Positions 37,109 through 45,579 of a stretch of DNA of 64,000 bases are shown in pieces. A program made the position numbers and the translations under genes. The first letter of the stretch is position 1; each line of letters begins with the position of its first letter. Under the pieces are notes generated by a model. The model searched no databases, had not been told where the DNA came from, and was given only the letters and a program-made list of their open reading frames with translations. The stretch lies in NCBI GenBank assembly GCA_016928075.1, contig JAFGLJ010000003.1, positions 4,581-68,580 on the forward strand. Reading direction: 5' to 3'. The stretch comes from Bacteroidales bacterium (GTDB lineage: Bacteria; Bacteroidota; Bacteroidia; Bacteroidales; VadinHA17).

Positions 37109-37923
37109 CCACGTTTCTCATTGTATCTGACATGGCTGAACTTCGCAAAAGCCACGAAGACTACGCCACCAATGATATTTCCCAGTGTAGACCATATCTG
37201 CACGTGCAGGTATTCACCCATACCAACTGATTTGCTTGTCAGTGCAGCGGTGAATACTTCTATGGAACCCACTATGCAGTGATGAAGCCCGCCAATGCCT
37301 ATGACAGTTGTTATAAGAGCTATTATCAGTATCCTGCTGATAGTTTCCTGTGATGCTGTAACCAGCCAGGAAAGGAGTCCCATAAGCCAGCCGGCCAGTA
37401 TGGCGCTTCCGGTAATTATATACCATGGATGGTCTATAAGGCTAAATGCGAGTGATTCAAATGATCCCACCTCTACAGCACCCAGTCTTTCCGGTATTAT
37501 GGCCATTATGGCACTGAAAATATAACCTCCCAGCAGGTTGCCTGCATAAATCACTAACCACAGTACAAGCAGGCTCTTTATCGTAGCATCTTTATTCAGG
37601 ACAGGGAGTACAGCCAGGGTGGTATGCTCGGTAAAAAGCTCGGAACGTCCTATGACCACGAATATGAAACCCAGAGGGTATGATATTGCAAGTAGTACGT
37701 CAAGAATAGAGGGGTTCACTAAACCATGAAACTTGGTATAAACAGCAGCCATCAGGAAAACGGTAAATCCTATTTCCAAACCTGCAGAAACGGCCGACAT
37801 GAAAAGGTCACGGTTTGAACGCCTGTGTTCATGCATGGCCATCTCTATCTGCTCATCAAAGATCTCATCTACCCTTTTGGGCTTATTAAGGGCACTCTTG
37901 AGTTCACTTAATTGCTTCACCAT
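37105..37923 (-). CDS. Formate/nitrite transporter (FNT) family channel
   Basis: 272 aa with six TM helices and FNT-type blocks (FTEHT, GNLLGG). Its stop codon overlaps the catalase stop within TTAA. Confidence 0.8.
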   Translation of the reverse strand: MVKQLSELKSALNKPKRVDEIFDEQIEMAMHEHRRSNRDLFMSAVSAGLEIGFTVFLMAAVYTKFHGLVNPSILDVLLAISYPLGFIFVVIGRSELFTEHTTLAVLPVLNKDATIKSLLVLWLVIYAGNLLGGYIFSAIMAIIPERLGAVEVGSFESLAFSLIDHPWYIITGSAILAGWLMGLLSWLVTASQETISRILIIALITTVIGIGGLHHCIVGSIEVFTAALTSKSVGMGEYLHVQIWSTLGNIIGGVVFVAFAKFSHVRYNEKRG

Positions 37924-38017
37924 AAATACTAGATTAATGTTTACCCAACCATCCTTTAATAACCCTCCGCTCCTTCAGCTCTCATCCCCTCACTTAGTCT
38001 CTTGGTCACTCAGTCAC

Positions 38018-38296
38018 TCAGTCCTTGCCTTCCTCCTTAGCCTCAGCCTTTCTATCCGCCGTAGTCCTGGCGTTAGCGGAAGCCTTCTTCTTCTCCCACT
38101 TCCTGTAGTAATAATAAATCACAAACAACAATATCGGCCCGCCAATATATATCAGGATATTTATAAGGGTGGGAGGTATGGGTTCATGTTCATCGGGATA
38201 ATGTGTTGGCTGTTGAGCCATTACAGCCACAACCTGGCCGACAAACATAACCACTACTGCCAGTACCCTGTATAAAACATTCATTATTTTTTTCAT
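38018..38296 (-). CDS. Small membrane protein of unknown function
   Basis: From ATG 38296 it has MKKIMNVLYRVLAVVVMF... as a signal or TM segment plus a second TM. The C-terminal tail ASANARTTADRKAEAKEEGKD is encoded by TAGCCT/CAGCCT and TCCGCC-hairpin repeat modules. Confidence 0.45.
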   Translation of the reverse strand: MKKIMNVLYRVLAVVVMFVGQVVAVMAQQPTHYPDEHEPIPPTLINILIYIGGPILLFVIYYYYRKWEKKKASANARTTADRKAEAKEEGKD

Positions 38297-38365
38297 ATAA
38301 TTCATATTTACTAAGCAAATAAACTGCCTGTTTTGTTCAAAAGATCCCGCTTCCTGTTTCATCAT

Positions 38366-38623
38366 TTGTCTCTTTGTCTCTCAGTCTCTAAGTCACATTA
38401 TCTCTCCGTCACCCCCTGTTTTGTATCGCATTCGCTATAATTCGCATTACTGATTGGTAAACATTATATGCTTCCTGCATGATTGCTCAAGACGCGCTGA
38501 AGCGCGTCTCTACGATTGGGAATCATTGTAATCTTTCTGAAAAATTTTTACCCTTAGCCTATATTTTAATTCCTGCTCCCTGCCCCCTGCTTAAACTCAT
38601 CACTCATAACTCCTCACTCATCT
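38366..38623 (+). repeat. Composite mosaic repeat element
   Basis: Modules in order: GTCTCT-type units; ATTCGCTATAATTCGCATTACTGATTGG (38430-57); degenerate ~33-nt copy (38455-85); hairpin AGACGCGCtgaaGCGCGTCT (38490-38509); CTAC; ~33-nt copy (38514-46); TTAGCCT; CTGCYCC about 2.5 units (38573-90); CATCACT/CATAACT units. It is colinear with 55510-55842 and 61588-61790. Confidence 0.9.
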
Positions 38624-39182
38624 CCCCTTTTTCCTCTATTTCTTCTTCCTTCTTTCCCTTTCCCGTAATAATCAGCCAGGCTACATACAGCCTCGTTATC
38701 CCGTATAGCATGGCATACACTGCAATTACAATTGTGGCCAGTACAGCTCCTTCGAACGGATTGAAAAGCAGGAGAGCGCCCACAAGAATTGATAATATTG
38801 CCATAACAAGGTTAAGAGGCCGGGCAGGCATTACTTTCTTCAGACGCATGTATGTTGAAAACTGCATTATTCCCAGTATGACTATAAGCAGGCCCATAAG
38901 GAATATAAGCAGGCCTATCGTCACCTTGGGATATGTGACTATGAGCAGGCCAATCAGGGCATAAATAATACCCTGGCCGAAAGTAAAATGCCAGAATCCT
39001 GTTTTCCTGACAAGTGAAATAACAATGAGCACTATACCTGCTATTATGGCCAGTGCACCGATATAAGTGGCTATTGCAACCAGCGCATCCGCAGGGTTCA
39101 GAAATATTAACACAGCCAATCCTATGGCTACTATCCCTTTCAGCACTTCCCAGCCCCAGCCGGGGCGTGTAGTTTTATCCAT
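38604..39182 (-). CDS. HdeD-family (DUF308) membrane protein
   Basis: 192 aa with repeated DUF308-type TM pairs. Its last codons (MSEEL) and stop lie in the CATAACT-type heptamers. Confidence 0.7.
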   Translation of the reverse strand: MDKTTRPGWGWEVLKGIVAIGLAVLIFLNPADALVAIATYIGALAIIAGIVLIVISLVRKTGFWHFTFGQGIIYALIGLLIVTYPKVTIGLLIFLMGLLIVILGIMQFSTYMRLKKVMPARPLNLVMAILSILVGALLLFNPFEGAVLATIVIAVYAMLYGITRLYVAWLIITGKGKKEEEIEEKGEMSEEL

Positions 39183-39286
39183 GATTTACGATTTTGTTAC
39201 GACTATCCTAAAGATAAACAATAAATGGAACAATGGAATGATTGTATGATTAAAAAAATAGCTTATCCGGTAACTGTCTTAACATT

Positions 39287-39328
39287 CTTCATTCGTAATT
39301 CTTCATTCGTAATTCTTCATTCGTAATT
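39287..39328 (+). repeat. Tandem 14-mer array (CTTCATTCGTAATT) x3
   Basis: Three perfect units covering the stop codon and the last 13 codons or so of gene 39289..41058. Confidence 0.95.
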
Positions 39329-41058
39329 CTAAACCCTCCTATCCTCGTCGAATAATTCTCCGCCCCTTCCTTCAGATAGTCCCCAACGTACCATATAGTC
39401 CAGTCATCATCCGGATCAACAGCCGTCTGTGCGTAATCCATCCACCTCATGGTATTCGTCTGTGATGCTTCACCATTAACAAGTACAGATTCCCTGAGTG
39501 TAAGCAACCCCGTGGGATCACACGCCAGCCTGCCGGCAAAGCGCTGACCGGGGAAATGACTGGCACCACCATATGAGTATCCTATACCTATATTACCATA
39601 TTTATCCATTGCCGGGCTTCCCATCCATCGGTAGTTATTGTCGGGCGCATAAGTCCCTTGCTGGAAAAGCTTTACATCCCTGTTGTCATCGAGCCTGAAT
39701 TCATACCAGCGTACCCCACCTCCTCCGGCAGAAGTATTAACGGAGTGAACCGCCACTATCGATTCCTGGTCACCTATCCTGCGATATACGAGCCTCGACA
39801 TTATCTTGTCGCCCTGGGAATCCAGTTTCTCGTCTGTGCCGGGCTGTGGCACTGTCCTGGTTAACTGCCCGTTGCCCAGGTAGTTATATTCAGCTACATC
39901 AATTCTGTGCGGGCCATCTAGTTTTGATTTGGAAGGTTCCTTCCAGTCTACACGGAATTTCCAGTAATAAATTCCGTCATCACCAAAAATATTTTTCAGC
40001 TGTGCTCCCCCTGTAGCCATCATTATGTTGGGATCTCCTTCCGGAGGCAGCTGGTATCCGTCCAGGTCTGCATTGTTAAGGAAACCCACACTGTCGATCA
40101 CAAAACATATTTCGCGGGCAGGCTGGCCTTCCAGCATCTTCTTACGCTCGACCACACAGGCATGTTTTTGTATTACATGGTCACCGGTGCTGGTAGGAAC
40201 ATAGTAGCCATCGGGCCACACTGCCGGCCTGGGATAGTCCGGAAACAGCGGCCTGACAAATTCGTAACGGTAATAAGGCCCGAAGGGATCGGGGCCTGTG
40301 CTGATGGCATAACACATGCAGTATGATCCTTCCTCTATTCTTGGTCTTCTCCTCCATTCAGTCCTTCTTATTGAATCTGCTGTTGCCTGTTCCTCAGGAC
40401 TTTCCTTTTCTGGTATATATAATTTTTCAGCCTTACCAGGCTGCCCTTCATTGCCGGCCATGCTTAACCTGGCAGGTTCACCATGTAGGGGCGCTTCGGG
40501 CTCATTATCCCTTGGAGGCACCTTCCTGAAAATAGGCATTACAATGAGCCACCTGCCCGCAAGCTGGTCATACCTCACAACGGCATCCCCATTATTCATC
40601 TCTTCACACGGACCGCCGAAGCCTTTAAAAACATTATTTGTGTTTACAGGTCCATATAGCACCACACCGGTACTGTCATATCTCTTACCTTTCTTGGTGA
40701 ATATTGCCATTTTAGAGTTAACGGTCTGCATGATATGATCAGGCCCTACAGCCAGTGAATTATCCGAAGGGTTCCTGTGCATGGCAGTACCCTGCGGACC
40801 TTCAAAACCAAACCCCAGCCCGTCAAAACTGGCGACTATCTCCGCCGCTGGCCTCGTTCCCTGTTCTGTCTGCTCCACCGATGAGGCAGATTGTATCATG
40901 TCAGGACTGTGGGCTTCATTAATTTTATCTGCCTCTTTTGGCTCTGCCAGTGCAGCTGAAACATCATTTCTTCCCGATTTTGTAACCGTCATGCTGCTCT
41001 GTGCACATACTGGCAGCACCGTTATCGCGATTATAATGGCACAGGTTAATCTTTTCAT
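39289..41058 (-). CDS. Hypothetical secreted protein (589 aa)
   Basis: Signal peptide and a long ORF with coding-like composition. No family recognised. The C-terminus RITNEELRMKNYE is encoded by the 14-mer repeat. Confidence 0.6.
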   Translation of the reverse strand: MKRLTCAIIIAITVLPVCAQSSMTVTKSGRNDVSAALAEPKEADKINEAHSPDMIQSASSVEQTEQGTRPAAEIVASFDGLGFGFEGPQGTAMHRNPSDNSLAVGPDHIMQTVNSKMAIFTKKGKRYDSTGVVLYGPVNTNNVFKGFGGPCEEMNNGDAVVRYDQLAGRWLIVMPIFRKVPPRDNEPEAPLHGEPARLSMAGNEGQPGKAEKLYIPEKESPEEQATADSIRRTEWRRRPRIEEGSYCMCYAISTGPDPFGPYYRYEFVRPLFPDYPRPAVWPDGYYVPTSTGDHVIQKHACVVERKKMLEGQPAREICFVIDSVGFLNNADLDGYQLPPEGDPNIMMATGGAQLKNIFGDDGIYYWKFRVDWKEPSKSKLDGPHRIDVAEYNYLGNGQLTRTVPQPGTDEKLDSQGDKIMSRLVYRRIGDQESIVAVHSVNTSAGGGGVRWYEFRLDDNRDVKLFQQGTYAPDNNYRWMGSPAMDKYGNIGIGYSYGGASHFPGQRFAGRLACDPTGLLTLRESVLVNGEASQTNTMRWMDYAQTAVDPDDDWTIWYVGDYLKEGAENYSTRIGGFRITNEELRMKNYE

Positions 41059-41104
41059 GGTTTAATGTTTTACTTGATCCCTAAAGATAAAAAAATATCC
41101 TCCC

Positions 41105-41172
41105 TTCTGCGCAATCTGTGAAAATCTGCGTAATTTGTGTTTTCAACGCATTATTTCGCATCATTTCGCATC
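41105..41172 (+). repeat. ATCTGCGTAAT-type pair plus ATTTCGCATC x2 module
   Basis: TTCTGCGCAATCTGTGAAA then ATCTGCGTAATTTGTGTTT (41105-42), followed by ATTATTTCGCATCATTTCGCATC (41150-72). Here the modules sit in a divergent promoter spacer. Confidence 0.85.
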
Positions 41173-41178
41173 TTTCCT

Positions 41179-41186
41179 TATATTTG
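41179..41186 (+). promoter_or_regulatory. Candidate Bacteroidota -7 promoter box (TAnnTTTG)
   Basis: TATATTTG lies 75 nt upstream of ATG 41261. Confidence 0.3.
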
Positions 41187-41260
41187 TAAGCCGTGGTAAT
41201 ACGATTTTATAAAAAGGTGACACGATGCAATACCTGTCCATCCATAATTCCTTGAAAAAC

Positions 41261-42355
41261 ATGAAACATGTATTTCTTATTTTGGTAATTACCCTTCTTA
41301 CAGGGATAATGTTTTCATGTGGAGGCAGGGGTGGAAATCAGAGGCACGGACGTATAATAAAGGACTCGACGGGAAGGGCAGTTAGGGTACCCGATACAAT
41401 AAAATCAGTGGTGGCCCTGAGGTCGGGTGCGTTGCGATTGGTATGTTATATGGGCATGGCCGACAGGGTTGGATATATAGAAGGTAACGAGAAAAGACGC
41501 AATGTGCCCTACCTGATGGCATACCCCGGTTTGAAGGAGAAAGATGTTATAGGTGCAGGTAATAATTACGATACTGAACTTCTGGCAGCTTCCGGTGCCG
41601 GACTCATAGTGGCAACATTCATGAGTGGTCATGAAGCCGATGAGCTACAGAAAGCAACCGGGAAACCTGTTTTTTTACTTGAATACGGGGATATGAAAAA
41701 TAATATGGATGAGCTCTTTAAAAGCCTTACCCTGCTGGGTGACTTGTTTTACAGGCAGAACAGGGCAGATAGCCTCGTGCAGTATATTAATAACACCATA
41801 AATGATTATAAAACCAGGTCAGCCGGCAATGATAGTGTCACTGCCTATACGGGAGGAGTAGCTTACAGGGGCTCGCATGGTATATCATCAACGGAGCCGG
41901 GATACCCGCCTTACAGGTTTTTGTCTGTTAACAACGTTGCTGAATCCCTCGGTGAAGTGGTAAGCTCACCAATGAGTAACCAGGAGAATGCATTTATTGA
42001 TATTGAACAATTATTGATATGGGATCCTGATTATATCTTTCTTGATGCCGCAGGTGAACCGGTATGGCATCAGGAGATTGATAAACGGGTGCTGAGAGAA
42101 ACACTGGGCTCATTCAGTTCAGGAAATGTATATTCGGTATTGCCCTATAACTGGTATACTACAAATTACGAGAATGTATTATGCAACACATGGTTTGTCG
42201 GCAAGACCGTTTATCCCGATGCTTTCAATGATATAGATATAGAAGCAAAATGCCGCGAGATCTACTCTTTCTTCCTGGGGACGGATGTATATGATGAAAT
42301 GTATGAATTATACAGTCCGTTCAGGCAACTTATAAAAGGAGAGGAGCGAGAATGA
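41261..42355 (+). CDS. ABC transporter substrate-binding lipoprotein (iron-siderophore/cobalamin class, FecB/BtuF-like)
   Basis: Lipobox (FSC) after MKHVFLILV, a periplasmic-binding-protein class 8 layout, and FecCD/FepC-type partners downstream. The listed ORF starts at 41225. Confidence 0.75.
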   Translation: MKHVFLILVITLLTGIMFSCGGRGGNQRHGRIIKDSTGRAVRVPDTIKSVVALRSGALRLVCYMGMADRVGYIEGNEKRRNVPYLMAYPGLKEKDVIGAGNNYDTELLAASGAGLIVATFMSGHEADELQKATGKPVFLLEYGDMKNNMDELFKSLTLLGDLFYRQNRADSLVQYINNTINDYKTRSAGNDSVTAYTGGVAYRGSHGISSTEPGYPPYRFLSVNNVAESLGEVVSSPMSNQENAFIDIEQLLIWDPDYIFLDAAGEPVWHQEIDKRVLRETLGSFSSGNVYSVLPYNWYTTNYENVLCNTWFVGKTVYPDAFNDIDIEAKCREIYSFFLGTDVYDEMYELYSPFRQLIKGEERE

Positions 42356-43425
42356 AAGAAAGAAAAGTGCTGGACCAGTACAGTCAGTTCACCAGGAGGA
42401 AAAATACCTTCCTGGTCATATTTCTTGTACTGATAATTATTATTGCCTTTGTCAGTATGCTCCTGGGGCCCAGTAATATCGGGTTCAAGGATATGATGAA
42501 TGTCTTTGCAGGCAAAGGAGAGGGGGCTGACACACAGATACTTTTACGCCTGCGGCTACCCAGGATACTTGCAGCCATAATGAGCGGACTGGCACTGTCG
42601 GTGTCCGGAGCCGTTATGCAGAGTATACTGAGAAACCCGCTTGGATCCCCCTTTACTCTGGGGATATCCAATGCTGCAGCCTTTGGTGCTGCCTTTGCTG
42701 TTATTATACTTGGCGCGGGAAGCATGCAGAGCGGAGGCTCTGATTCCGTACTGATCAATAATCCTTACCTGATCACTTTGTCAGCATTCATATGGTCACT
42801 GGTGGCATGTTTCCTTATACTTCTGGTGGCACGCATGAGAGGCGCCACACCGGAGAATATGATACTTACCGGTATTATAGCCAGCTCTCTCTTTATGGCA
42901 CTGACTACCGGGCTGCAGTATGTTGCCGACGATATTGAGCTGGCGGCAATAGTGTTCTGGACCTTCGGCGATCTATCCAAGGGAGGATGGCGTGAATTGG
43001 TTATACAGGCAGTGATATTAACACCTGTCCTGGTATATTTCTTCCGTAACAGCTGGAATTATAATGCCCTTGATTCAGGCGACGAAACAGCACAGAGCAT
43101 GGGCGTTAATATTTACAGGCTCAGGATGAGAGGTATGGTAATAGCATCCCTGGCTACGGCGAGTGTTGTGTCGTTTTATGGCATTATAGCTTTCGTGGGC
43201 CTGGTAGTGCCGCATATAGTGAGAAGGCTGATAGGCAGCGATGAAAGATACCTCCTGCCGGGGGCAGCACTCACAGGGGCAGCATTTATGCTTGTCTGCG
43301 ATATACTGGCACGGACTGTTATCAGTCCTCTCGTTCTGCCGGTGGGTATACTGACATCAATAGTGGGAGCACCACTGTTTATTTTCTTACTGGTAAAAGG
43401 AATAGGTTCATCACAATGGAAATGA
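42352..43425 (+). CDS. ABC transporter permease, FecCD/BtuC family
   Basis: 357-aa polytopic protein with FecCD-type blocks (LRLPRILAAI, GAPLFIFLL). It overlaps the upstream gene by 4 nt. Confidence 0.85.
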   Translation: MKERKVLDQYSQFTRRKNTFLVIFLVLIIIIAFVSMLLGPSNIGFKDMMNVFAGKGEGADTQILLRLRLPRILAAIMSGLALSVSGAVMQSILRNPLGSPFTLGISNAAAFGAAFAVIILGAGSMQSGGSDSVLINNPYLITLSAFIWSLVACFLILLVARMRGATPENMILTGIIASSLFMALTTGLQYVADDIELAAIVFWTFGDLSKGGWRELVIQAVILTPVLVYFFRNSWNYNALDSGDETAQSMGVNIYRLRMRGMVIASLATASVVSFYGIIAFVGLVVPHIVRRLIGSDERYLLPGAALTGAAFMLVCDILARTVISPLVLPVGILTSIVGAPLFIFLLVKGIGSSQWK

Positions 43426-44180
43426 TCAGCTTGAAGAACATAAGCTTTTCTTACAACGGCAACATGGTGCTTAAGGATATAAGCCATGATTTCCTGCGGG
43501 GGTCTTTTACCGCCGTGATGGGACCCAACGGTTCGGGCAAGACGACACTGATCAGGCTGATGAACGGTATACTAAGGCCGTTGCATGGTGCTATAATGCT
43601 CAGGGATATACCGATGGGAAAGATACGGCAGGATGTGCTGGCACAGGAGATGGCATATGTACCCCAGGTACAGATGAATGTGTTCCCTGCAACAGTCTTC
43701 GATACCGTGCTTCTCGGACGCAAGCCATATATACGATGGAACCCGGGGAAAAGGGATAAGGAATTTACCTCTTCAGTGCTGGTGAAGCTCGGTCTCGACG
43801 ATATAGCCCTCAAAGATATTAACCGGCTGAGCAGCGGGCAGCGCCAGAGGGTGTTTATTGCCAGGGCACTGGCGCAGGAACCGGATATTATCCTGCTCGA
43901 TGAGCCCACAGCCAACCTCGACCTGCAACACCAGCACGAAGTGATGGCCCTGCTTCAACTCCTCAGCAACACGGGCATAACAATAGTAATTGCCATACAC
44001 GACCTTAACCTGGCACTTAAATACTGCTCCGAATTTATGCTTCTTGATGAAGGCAGGCAGGTGGCTCAGGGCAGTCATGATATCATCAGTAAAGAACTTA
44101 TTGAAGATATATATAAGGTTAAAGTGCGCATCATAAAAGAAGAAGGACAAACATTTATAATCCCCCTCAAACCTTTGTAA
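43416..44180 (+). CDS. ABC transporter ATP-binding protein (FepC/FecE/BtuD-like)
   Basis: Walker A (GPNGSGKTT), signature (LSSGQRQR) and Walker B (ILLDEP). Confidence 0.9.
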   Translation: MEMISLKNISFSYNGNMVLKDISHDFLRGSFTAVMGPNGSGKTTLIRLMNGILRPLHGAIMLRDIPMGKIRQDVLAQEMAYVPQVQMNVFPATVFDTVLLGRKPYIRWNPGKRDKEFTSSVLVKLGLDDIALKDINRLSSGQRQRVFIARALAQEPDIILLDEPTANLDLQHQHEVMALLQLLSNTGITIVIAIHDLNLALKYCSEFMLLDEGRQVAQGSHDIISKELIEDIYKVKVRIIKEEGQTFIIPLKPL

Positions 44181-44184
44181 TACT

Positions 44185-44583
44185 ATGGATCTCAACATCA
44201 GAATCATCGGATACATTCGCAACGATTGGGACCATGCCCGGCCCGACCAGGCCGACAGCATAATGCGTTCAGTTTCAACCATTGAAGTGAAGGAAGAATA
44301 TGCCGATGGATTATATAAAATAGAGAAATACCGTGAACTGAATATCCTCTGGTACTTCAACCGCTCCGATGGTTATGAGCTGCAAACCACTACCCGTTCT
44401 GGTGACTACCGGGGTGTCTTTGCCTGCTGCTCACCACGACGGCCCAGCGCCATCGGCCTCACCCGCGTCACCCTTCTCGAACGTAATGGCAATATCCTTA
44501 CAGTCACCGGCCTCGACGCCCTCAACGGCACCCCTGTCCTCGACATCAAACCATCCCTCGACCTGAACCAGACTTCTGTGTAA
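44185..44583 (+). CDS. TsaA/TrmO-like (YaeB, UPF0066) domain protein
   Basis: 132 aa with the GVFACCSPRRPSAIGLT ... GTPVLDIKP blocks typical of the TsaA family. It lies 4 nt after the ABC ATPase gene. Confidence 0.7.
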   Translation: MDLNIRIIGYIRNDWDHARPDQADSIMRSVSTIEVKEEYADGLYKIEKYRELNILWYFNRSDGYELQTTTRSGDYRGVFACCSPRRPSAIGLTRVTLLERNGNILTVTGLDALNGTPVLDIKPSLDLNQTSV

Positions 44584-44618
44584 TCTGTGTAAATCTGCGT
44601 AATCTGCGTCCTTAGCCT
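44575..44618 (+). repeat. TCTGTGTAA/ATCTGCGTAA units plus TTAGCCT
   Basis: TCTGTGTAA x2, ATCTGCGTAA, TCTGCGTCC, TTAGCCT. The stop codon of gene 44185..44583 is the TAA of the first unit. Confidence 0.85.
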
Positions 44619-45416
44619 TTAATCATCTCCCATCTCCGCTTCCCTCCTCATAATCCTGCTCACGAGGGGTAGCCTTATGCAGCCCGGTAAAATTTTCATT
44701 ATCAGCCAGTTCACCCGGTTGGCAAAGTTTGCTATTATCATCTTGTCTTTCTTAAAAAGCCGGCGGATAGATATCTCCGCAACTTTTTCAGGTGATACCA
44801 CACCAAAGTGGCCAATGGCACTCTGGCTTTCTATTCGTTTTGTTACATCCGCATTGGTCTTCATAGGACCGGGACATACCACACTGACAAATATGTTTGT
44901 TTTCCTGAATTCCTGGCACAGGCCCCTGGAGAAATATCGAATGAAAGCCTTGGTAGCAGGATAGACTGTTTTGTATCCCATAGGGCTGAAAGAAGCCATG
45001 CTTGCCACATTGAGTATATAACTTTTATCCTGCCTTTTAAGGTTGGGGATAAGCTGGTGGGTCATAACAGATGTGGCCATTACATTTAACTGGATCATCC
45101 TGTTGATATAGTCAACATCCACCTTGTCGAACCGCTTGGCACCACCTGCTCCAACGTTGTTTATCAATATGAATACCTCGTATTCCCTGTTGATTTTTTC
45201 ACTGAGTTCAACAATACTGTCCTTTATGGTCAGGTCCTGCTCAAAACATACCGAGTCGGTACCGGATATGTATCTTATTTCTTTGCATAATTCAGCCAGT
45301 CCTGTACCCGGCAGGTCAATGAGCAGGGTGTTGATCTTCCGTTTTGCCAGTGCATATGCAAATGCCCTGCCCAACCCTTTTGCCGCACCGGTTATAACTG
45401 AATACTGACCTTTCAT
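44619..45416 (-). CDS. SDR-family oxidoreductase
   Basis: ITGAAKGLG cofactor motif, NNVG, and the Y..xK (YPATK) catalytic motif. Confidence 0.85.
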   Translation of the reverse strand: MKGQYSVITGAAKGLGRAFAYALAKRKINTLLIDLPGTGLAELCKEIRYISGTDSVCFEQDLTIKDSIVELSEKINREYEVFILINNVGAGGAKRFDKVDVDYINRMIQLNVMATSVMTHQLIPNLKRQDKSYILNVASMASFSPMGYKTVYPATKAFIRYFSRGLCQEFRKTNIFVSVVCPGPMKTNADVTKRIESQSAIGHFGVVSPEKVAEISIRRLFKKDKMIIANFANRVNWLIMKILPGCIRLPLVSRIMRREAEMGDD

Positions 45417-45468
45417 AACCCTAATGTAGGCATTTGTCCAACATCAAACAATATAGTTTAATTATGCT

Positions 45469-45507
45469 ATTCGCGATACTTAGTCCAAATTCGTGTCAAT
45501 TCGCATC
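45469..45507 (+). repeat. ATTCGCGATA-type dispersed module
   Basis: ATTCGCGATACTTAGTCCAAATTCGTGTCAATTCGCATC, a near copy of 14930-14964. Here it lies in a divergent promoter spacer. Confidence 0.85.
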
Positions 45508-45579
45508 ACCAGTTTAAAATATATTCATTACATTTAATCCTACCGATATAGTAATTGAAACACAAACCAGATTAAAACC

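Noticed and set aside
38455-38546. A possible CRISPR-like structure, made of ~33-nt repeats flanking a unique segment (also at 61631-61724).
   Set aside because: There are only two repeat copies per locus. The 'spacer' is a conserved hairpin, not unique sequence. There is no leader-repeat-spacer series and no cas genes in the window.
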